Shown: positions 16,450 to 22,347 of the stretch, piece by piece
Layout: each line of letters opens with the position of its first letter
How positions within the stretch are numbered: position 1 is the first letter of the stretch
NCBI GenBank assembly: GCA_040904565.1
Contig: JBBDTI010000030.1
Location: forward strand, 1 to 22,347
Length of the DNA: 22,347 bases
DNA from: Rhodothermales bacterium
GTDB taxonomy: Bacteria > Bacteroidota > Rhodothermia > Rhodothermales > VXPQ01
Reading direction: 5' to 3'
Translations under genes and position numbers: made by a program
The notes under the pieces: model-generated
The model's database searches: none
Seen by the model: the letters and a program-made list of their open reading frames with translations, nothing else
What the model was told of the DNA's origin: nothing

Positions 16450-17022
16450 ATGCGTACCATCGACCGCCGTACCTTCCTGCTCACTTCACTGGCGACAGCA
16501 CCTCTCGTCTCTTGCGCCTCTGCGCCCCGCGCATCGCTCGCCCAGAATAGGCAGGCTGGCACGCTTGTCCGGGTAGGCCAGGATCGCACGGGCCACCCGC
16601 GCAATGTATTCGGCGGTCTCCACATCGATGCGAAGGTGCTGCCGGACGACACTACTGGCAACCTATACATTATCGAGCATACGGACGAAGCGAAAGGTGG
16701 CCCCCCACGCCATGTCCACCACACGCAGGACGAGTGGTTCTATGTCCTTGAAGGGGCGTACCGCATAGAGGTCGGGGAGAGGCGCTTCGACGTAGGCCCT
16801 GGGGACTCGGTCTTCGCTCCGCGCGAGGTCCCGCACGTGTGGGCGCACGTGAGCGAGGGCGAAGGGCGGCTCATCATCGCCTTTCAGCCGGCCGGGCAGA
16901 TGGAGTCGTTCTTAGGCGGGTTGGCTGAGTTAGGGAGCGCCCCGTCGCCAGAGGTGATGGCCCCCCTTTTCGCCTCGCACGGAATGACGATGCTCGGCCC
17001 TCCTCTCCCTCTGACGTCCTGA
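16450..17022 (+). CDS. Cupin-domain protein (quercetinase-like) with a Tat signal
   Basis: Tat motif IDRRTFLL. Cupin motif 1 GPPRHVHHTQDEWFYVLEG and motif 2 GDSVFAPREVPHVW. Confidence 0.9.
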   Translation: MRTIDRRTFLLTSLATAPLVSCASAPRASLAQNRQAGTLVRVGQDRTGHPRNVFGGLHIDAKVLPDDTTGNLYIIEHTDEAKGGPPRHVHHTQDEWFYVLEGAYRIEVGERRFDVGPGDSVFAPREVPHVWAHVSEGEGRLIIAFQPAGQMESFLGGLAELGSAPSPEVMAPLFASHGMTMLGPPLPLTS

Positions 17023-17098
17023 CCTTTTCGCTGGATACGAATTCGTGGAGGACGTCAATGCCCGACAATCGCCCCGTCGGGGAGTCGACGACGTAGCG

Positions 17099-17611
17099 CT
17101 ACAGGTTCGCCAGCCGTCCGAATGCCAGGGCAAGCACGCCGACCATGCTGACGACGCTCGTGACGTCGCGCCATCCGAACCGCTGTCGCTGCGTCATCTC
17201 CATCAGCACGATGTCGCCGTCGAGGAGCGCAGGATGGGCGGGTACGTTTGCGAGATACCGCTCGAAGGAATCCTCGTATACGACGAGCTGCCCCGCCGGC
17301 GTTGCCCTGAGCACCTTGAGGGAATACCTCGTGTGCGTCTCCTTCAGCTGTGAAGCGGTGGCTGGTCCTCCGGCCAAGGCTACGAGCCGACTGAGACCGG
17401 TGCCGTCTTCGATTTCGTAGAGCCCCGGCGTTTGAAACGAGCCGAGCACCTCTACGTGGATGGTCGGGGCTCCCGGTGTCAGCTGGTAAAAGAAGTACGT
17501 ACGCGTGTTCGTAGTGGTCTCCTGAACCCGCCAATACGGCTCGACCGGCGCCTGTGCGAAGGCAAGGGAAGGGCCTGCCAGGAGCAGACAGAAAATGGCA
17601 AGGATGCGCAT
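17099..17611 (-). CDS. SLBB-domain polysaccharide export-associated protein
   Basis: Signal peptide MRILAIFCLLLAGPSLAFA-Q, beta-grasp motif VEVLGSFQTPGLYEI...LVALAGG, LLDGDIV and a C-terminal hydrophobic helix. Lies downstream of wzc. Confidence 0.8.
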   Translation of the reverse strand: MRILAIFCLLLAGPSLAFAQAPVEPYWRVQETTTNTRTYFFYQLTPGAPTIHVEVLGSFQTPGLYEIEDGTGLSRLVALAGGPATASQLKETHTRYSLKVLRATPAGQLVVYEDSFERYLANVPAHPALLDGDIVLMEMTQRQRFGWRDVTSVVSMVGVLALAFGRLANL

Positions 17612-17642
17612 GGTATGTGTTCGTATTGGTTTCAATGGTCCT

Positions 17643-20030
17643 TCAAAGGGCTTCCGATTTGTACGAAGTGGGCCTACTATTTTCATGACTGTAATAGGCT
17701 CCATAGTTGTGCGAGAGATAGCCGTAGGTCGATTTAAAAATGCGATTCGACGTATCGAATCGATTGAGAACGACGCACGTAAAGCCGGCGTCTGCTTCCG
17801 CAAGCTCTCGTTGGACTTTGAGCAGTGCAGATTCCTCTGTCTTGCCCACGCCGGCGATGACGACCGTGACGTCGCACTCGGACGTCAGATAAGTGGCATC
17901 CGCAGTGAGCAGCATCGGGGGCGCGTCGAAGATCACGAGATCGAATACTTTCTTGAACCCTTCGATGAGTGCATGCAGACGGGGAGACGCGAGATGCTCG
18001 ATCGGGTTTCCGACCGCTTCGCGCAGTGTGATGGCATGCAAGTTCGGAATGCCGGTCGATGTCTTCTCCGCCAGACGAGGGGCGAAATCGATGTTGGCCG
18101 GAAGCTCGAATAGATCCTGCAGCGTCAACCGCTGCGGTACGCCCAGGTAGCGCTCCACCGCCGGTTTCCTGAAGTCGATATCGACGATCAGTGTCCGCTG
18201 CCGAGCCGTAGCGCCGGCGATCGCAAGGTTGAGCGCGGTCGTGCTCTTTCCTACACTGGCTTCCGGGCTCGTTACGACCATCGTTTGAGCACCCCGCGTC
18301 ATGCTGATAGATCGCAGGCGTGCGTATAGCTGGCGATACGCTTCGGCTGGAGCACTGAACGGCGCCGTGAGTCCGATCATGGTTGGTACTACGTCGAGGC
18401 TTTGATACGGCACGTGCGCTGCGTCGCCGAACAGGGTTGTAATGAGTTGCTTCATGTCCGGGACGACTCCGAGGAGATGAAATCCATGACGTTCGACGTC
18501 CGCGGGCGTGTACAGCCGCCGATCCAGTCTCGAAGCAAGCCATCCGGAGCTGCCCGCCAGAAGGAACCCGAGCAACGCTGCCAGCGGAATGATGCGTTCC
18601 GGTTTCGGACTAGTGGGTGACGCCGGGATGCCGGCGGGGCGAAGAATCTGCAGCGAGCCCGTTTCCGACTGTTCCGCAAGCGTCACCTCGTTGAGACGCT
18701 GCTCGAGAAATGAGAAAAGGTTTTCGGAAGACTCCTGAGCGCGTTCCAGCTTGGCTAGGTCGACGGACTGCTGTGGAAAGCGCGACAGCCTTGCTTCGTA
18801 GTCGCTGTACTGGCGGTCGAGCTGCGCTATCTTGGACTCAAGGCCGCTGATCGTGATTCGCCCGGTGACGAGCTGGCGCTCGAGGGACGCAGCATATGTA
18901 ACGCCCGATTCCGGGTTTGACGGATCACTTCCGCCGGCAGCCAGCACCTCCTGAACGTATCGCTCCGAGAGCCGATCAATCTCGGCATTCAACCGAGCGA
19001 TTTCAGCGGATAATGACGCCGTACGTGGATCGCTCTCCGGGTTCTGCCGAAGCGTCGGATCATACAGAAAAAAGGGTTCCAAACGCGCCTCCATCTCGGC
19101 GACCCTGAGTTGGGCCGCTGCAATTTCACGGTCCACGCCCGAAGCGACGCGGCGGCTCAATACCGGTTTGATTCTCGCGAGCTCGTCCTCCGTAGCTCGC
19201 AATGAGGCACGCTCCATCTCGAGATCTATCTGCGTCTCGGCGCGTGCACTCTCAACGCGTGCCAGATTCGCGACGGCGGTGGTGACTTCCTGGTCGAGGG
19301 CGACGGCACGTTCGCGGTTCATAAAGGACTGCATATCCGCTTCGGTCGCCGTGACGTTCTGTCGTCCTTCTTCGATCCTTTCCTCCAGGAATTCTCGCGA
19401 CGACGTAATTCTCTGGCGGGACATGTCTCTCGAATGGTCGACTGCTTCCTGCGCAAAGGCATTCGCAATGAATGAGGCCTCAGGAGCGTTCGATACCCGC
19501 GCGGTGACCCCGATTACATTGACACCGCTTTCTTGAATAGTGACGACATTCTGCTGCAAATACGCCGCAAGGGCCGCGCTCGTAAACTCTTCCTCATGTG
19601 CCTCACCCAGAACGCTGAAACGCTCCTCCGTACCAGGCACCACCTGTAGGTCGATAATCTTCTCAGCCACTTTCCTGGCAATCGTCGGCGATTTCGTAAG
19701 GACTTCGAGCTGCATGTCCGATGAGGCGATGTCGACGCTGGCGACGTAGCCCATACTCAGAGCATTTGACGGGTCGTAGCGTCGGTCGTCGACCATCAAG
19801 AAGCTGCTGGCGGCATATTCAGGCGCCGTTTTCACGACGTAGATGATGGAGGCCGCGACGACGCCGAGGAACACGCCGAGCATCAACCAATGTCGTCGAC
19901 GTATCACTTCGTACGCACCCTGCAGGCGCAGGCGAATGTCGAATGGTTCTAGTCCGTCGGGGTCCCGATGCTTGGCTCCCCTACCGTTGGAATACCTCGC
20001 CATCTGAAGCGACCTGATTCGTTTGTTCAT
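17643..20030 (-). CDS. wzc: Polysaccharide co-polymerase / BY-kinase (Wzc/GumC-like)
   Basis: Two TM helices flanking a coiled-coil periplasmic domain. Walker A SPEASVGKST, A' DIDFRKP, Walker B IFDAPP and a C-terminal Tyr cluster TYGYLSHNYGAYY. Start uncertain (20042, 20030 or 20003). Confidence 0.92.
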   Translation of the reverse strand: MNKRIRSLQMARYSNGRGAKHRDPDGLEPFDIRLRLQGAYEVIRRRHWLMLGVFLGVVAASIIYVVKTAPEYAASSFLMVDDRRYDPSNALSMGYVASVDIASSDMQLEVLTKSPTIARKVAEKIIDLQVVPGTEERFSVLGEAHEEEFTSAALAAYLQQNVVTIQESGVNVIGVTARVSNAPEASFIANAFAQEAVDHSRDMSRQRITSSREFLEERIEEGRQNVTATEADMQSFMNRERAVALDQEVTTAVANLARVESARAETQIDLEMERASLRATEDELARIKPVLSRRVASGVDREIAAAQLRVAEMEARLEPFFLYDPTLRQNPESDPRTASLSAEIARLNAEIDRLSERYVQEVLAAGGSDPSNPESGVTYAASLERQLVTGRITISGLESKIAQLDRQYSDYEARLSRFPQQSVDLAKLERAQESSENLFSFLEQRLNEVTLAEQSETGSLQILRPAGIPASPTSPKPERIIPLAALLGFLLAGSSGWLASRLDRRLYTPADVERHGFHLLGVVPDMKQLITTLFGDAAHVPYQSLDVVPTMIGLTAPFSAPAEAYRQLYARLRSISMTRGAQTMVVTSPEASVGKSTTALNLAIAGATARQRTLIVDIDFRKPAVERYLGVPQRLTLQDLFELPANIDFAPRLAEKTSTGIPNLHAITLREAVGNPIEHLASPRLHALIEGFKKVFDLVIFDAPPMLLTADATYLTSECDVTVVIAGVGKTEESALLKVQRELAEADAGFTCVVLNRFDTSNRIFKSTYGYLSHNYGAYYSHENSRPTSYKSEAL

Positions 20031-20375
20031 GGAGTACGGCATCTAGTGTATGGCTGTCGCGTCAAGCATATGCGCGACGTTGTTTCCTCATACTCGTATC
20101 GCAACGCGAGGCAAACGGAAATCAGCTTCCGCCTGAATACCGGCCGCCGCCCCTGATGTCAGCACGTCGATGCAAGAATGAGTCTTCGGTTTCAGCGTCG
20201 ATCGGATCCTGCTACGAGAATAGGCTGCTGGTCGCAACCTGAGACATTCTTAGGATGCCGGCCGGTCTGGTCGTCGCGGGCTCCGCGTCTGCTATCAGCA
20301 CGAGGTCACGTGGTGGAGACCTCTCGGCAGCCGGGAGCCTGACGGCGACAACTACTTTTTCAAGATTCCAATACC

Positions 20376-20486
20376 ATGCACCTGTCCTCTATATCTAGCC
20401 GCATCGACGTGGCCGACCATCGAGGACATGCCGGCTCGGCCATCGTGCGCCGGCTGAATGCAACCGGCTAGGCCAACCTCGTTCTC
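20376..20486 (+). pseudogene. fcl: Decayed 5' remnant of GDP-L-fucose synthase
   Basis: [36 protein letters not shown] matches the Fcl N-terminus ([19 protein letters not shown]...GY.NLVL), with substitutions and a TAG at 20469. Confidence 0.8.
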
Positions 20487-20536
20487 GCCGACGCTCGTAT
20501 CGGAGCACATTCCTACTCACATTCCACGTCAATCTT

Positions 20537-21610
20537 ATGAGCAAACGACGAGCCCTCATAACGGGCATTACGGGCCAGGACGGCGCTTATCTGGCGGAGC
20601 TTCTCCTCCAGAAAGGCTATGAAGTGCACGGCGTGAAGCGGCGTTCCAGCATGTTCAACACGGGACGGATCGATCATCTCTACCAGGATCCGCACCAGGA
20701 TCCCGTCTCCTTCGTCCTTCATTACGGCGATATGACGGATTCGACAAACTTGCTGCGCATCGTCCAGGACGTGCAGCCGCATGAGATCTACAATCTCGCC
20801 GCGCAGAGCCACGTGCAGGTCAGTTTTGAGACGCCGGAATACACGGCCAATGCAGACGGGCTGGGGGTTCTCCGCCTTCTGGAGGCCGTTCGCATTCTCG
20901 GCATGACGTCCGAGGTGCGCTTCTATCAGGCGTCTACCAGCGAGCTGTATGGGAACGTTCAGGAGGTGCCCCAGAAAGAAACGACGCCCTTCTATCCACG
21001 GAGTCCGTATGCGGCGGCCAAACTCTACGGCTACTGGATTACCGTGAATTACCGCGAAGCCTACGGCATCCATGCCAGCAATGGCATCCTTTTCAACCAC
21101 GAGAGTCCGATCCGAGGGGAAACGTTCGTCACGCGAAAGATCACGCGAGCAGCGGCACGGATCGCACAGGGTTTGGACGATAAGCTTTACCTGGGCAATC
21201 TCGACGCCCGGCGGGATTGGGGCCACGCTCGCGACTTCGTCGAGGGCATGTGGAGGATCCTGCAGCAGGAAGAACCGGGAGACTACGTGCTGGCGACGGG
21301 CCAGATGACGTCGGTCCGAGCGTTCTGTGAGATGGCCTTCCGCGCCGTCGGGATGGATCTCTCGTGGGAAGGGAAGGGCGTGCTCGAACGAGGGCGTCGA
21401 GCAGATACGGGCGATGTCGTGGTGCGCGTCGATCCGATGTACTATCGGCGAACCGAAGTCGATCAGCTACTGGGCGACGCTTCGAAGGCGCGTGAAGCGC
21501 TCGGCTGGCAGCCGACCACGAGCCTCAGTGAACTCATTCAGGAAATGGTCGAAGAAGACCTGGAACGGGCGAGCGATGAAGCATCTCTTATCGGACGTCG
21601 CCGGGCCTGA
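20537..21610 (+). CDS. gmd: GDP-mannose 4,6-dehydratase
   Basis: [62 protein letters not shown]. Confidence 0.98.
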   Translation: MSKRRALITGITGQDGAYLAELLLQKGYEVHGVKRRSSMFNTGRIDHLYQDPHQDPVSFVLHYGDMTDSTNLLRIVQDVQPHEIYNLAAQSHVQVSFETPEYTANADGLGVLRLLEAVRILGMTSEVRFYQASTSELYGNVQEVPQKETTPFYPRSPYAAAKLYGYWITVNYREAYGIHASNGILFNHESPIRGETFVTRKITRAAARIAQGLDDKLYLGNLDARRDWGHARDFVEGMWRILQQEEPGDYVLATGQMTSVRAFCEMAFRAVGMDLSWEGKGVLERGRRADTGDVVVRVDPMYYRRTEVDQLLGDASKAREALGWQPTTSLSELIQEMVEEDLERASDEASLIGRRRA

Positions 21611-21709
21611 AATCCGCTGCAGCATCCGAGCCTATCCGTGCGGCAGGGCGTATCGAGTACGTGGGCAGACACGAATCAGCAATAGGACATACCGGTGGCT
21701 TCGAGCATC

Positions 21710-22347
21710 ATGTCTAGCGTTCGACAGAATCTCAGGGACGGTCTTCTTTTGGTCTCGGACACCGCGTTCGGAGCTTTCTCAGGCGGGGCGCCGCGAGTCG
21801 ACGGCGGCGTTCTCCTGATGCGGCTGGACGGTATCGGTGACTTCTTCCTATGGCTGTCCAGCGCCCGAGCGATTCGCGACGCGTACGCCGGGACGCATAT
21901 CACCCTGCTGGCCGATACAGCCTTTAGTGAATTTGCCGCCGGTCTTGATCTGTTCGACGAGGTCATCCCGATCGACAGGCATCGGCTTGCGCACGACCTC
22001 GTTTACCGATACGACGTATTCCGCCGCATTCGGGGCACGAGGTACGACATCGCCATTTTGCCCAGCTACTATCGGATCGGACGGTTCCGAGACGGTGAAG
22101 CGCTGATGAGAGCCGCTCGGGCGACGCGTAAAGTCGGATCGATCGGGGGATACGAAGATTCCTGGCGACACCGCGTGAGCCGCACGTGGTATACCGACCT
22201 GCTGCCGGCGCGTGAAGGCGACCTGCATGAGTTCGAACGTAACGAAGAGTTCATACGCGGCCTCAGTATCGAGATGCAACAAGACGGCTCGCCCATGGAC
22301 CGGCCGCCGTCTGCCGCGGCGCAGTCTACCGCGGCGCAGTCTACCGC
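21710..22347 (+). CDS. Glycosyltransferase family 9 (heptosyltransferase-like); runs off the window end
   Basis: Not in the ORF track because it has no stop in the window. Manual translation MSSVRQNLRDG...VLLMRLDGIGDFFLW...AIRDAYAGTHITLL...FDEVIPID...YDIAI...HEFERN. Confidence 0.85.
   Translation, partial: MSSVRQNLRDGLLLVSDTAFGAFSGGAPRVDGGVLLMRLDGIGDFFLWLSSARAIRDAYAGTHITLLADTAFSEFAAGLDLFDEVIPIDRHRLAHDLVYRYDVFRRIRGTRYDIAILPSYYRIGRFRDGEALMRAARATRKVGSIGGYEDSWRHRVSRTWYTDLLPAREGDLHEFERNEEFIRGLSIEMQQDGSPMDRPPSAAAQSTAAQST
22314..22347 (+). repeat. In-frame 15-bp tandem repeat (at least 2.3 copies)
   Basis: CCGCGGCGCAGTCTA twice, then CCGC at the window end; encodes AAQST repeats. Confidence 0.85.

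Noticed and set aside
15904-16576. ORFs 15904-16188 and 16163-16576 as real genes
   Set aside because: They are read-throughs of an IS3 remnant and a frameshifted pseudogene.
20302-20323. GAGGTC...GACCTC hairpin as a riboswitch or JUMPstart/ops element upstream of the polysaccharide genes
   Set aside because: Only a 6-bp stem; I saw no GGCGGTAG ops motif or riboswitch consensus. An Rfam scan would settle it.
20513-21818. ORFs 20513-21226 (-) and 21327-21818 (+)
   Set aside because: Antisense or off-frame overlaps of gmd and the GT9 gene.

Overview
GC-rich bacterial DNA from a diderm organism; the gene content loosely suggests Rhodothermales/Bacteroidota-like, which is inference only. It has three parts. 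(1) 1-8541 is a defence island: a type I Wadjet operon jetA-jetB-jetC-jetD on the minus strand (jetD runs off the window), an addiction-module antitoxin whose RelE/ParE toxin has lost its centre through an in-frame deletion, and a tripartite HipBST module with candidate operators. (2) 8608-17022 is an eroding accessory stretch. It holds a Tat-exported, divergent GH38-like hydrolase, a secreted YncE-like beta-propeller bracketed by a 289-bp direct repeat (a second, truncated copy of the hydrolase 5' end), and a CylR1/CylR2-like membrane protein + XRE pair with a clear promoter and twin operators. It also holds a CPBP/Abi protease with an altered EExxxR motif, an outer-membrane beta-barrel, an IS3 remnant, a membrane-protein pseudogene and a Tat cupin. 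(3) 17099-22347 is the edge of a surface-polysaccharide locus: an SLBB protein, wzc, a decayed fcl remnant, gmd and a partial GT9 ending in a 15-bp tandem repeat. No CRISPR array, tRNA or rRNA was seen. All family calls come from motif recognition by eye; no searches were run.
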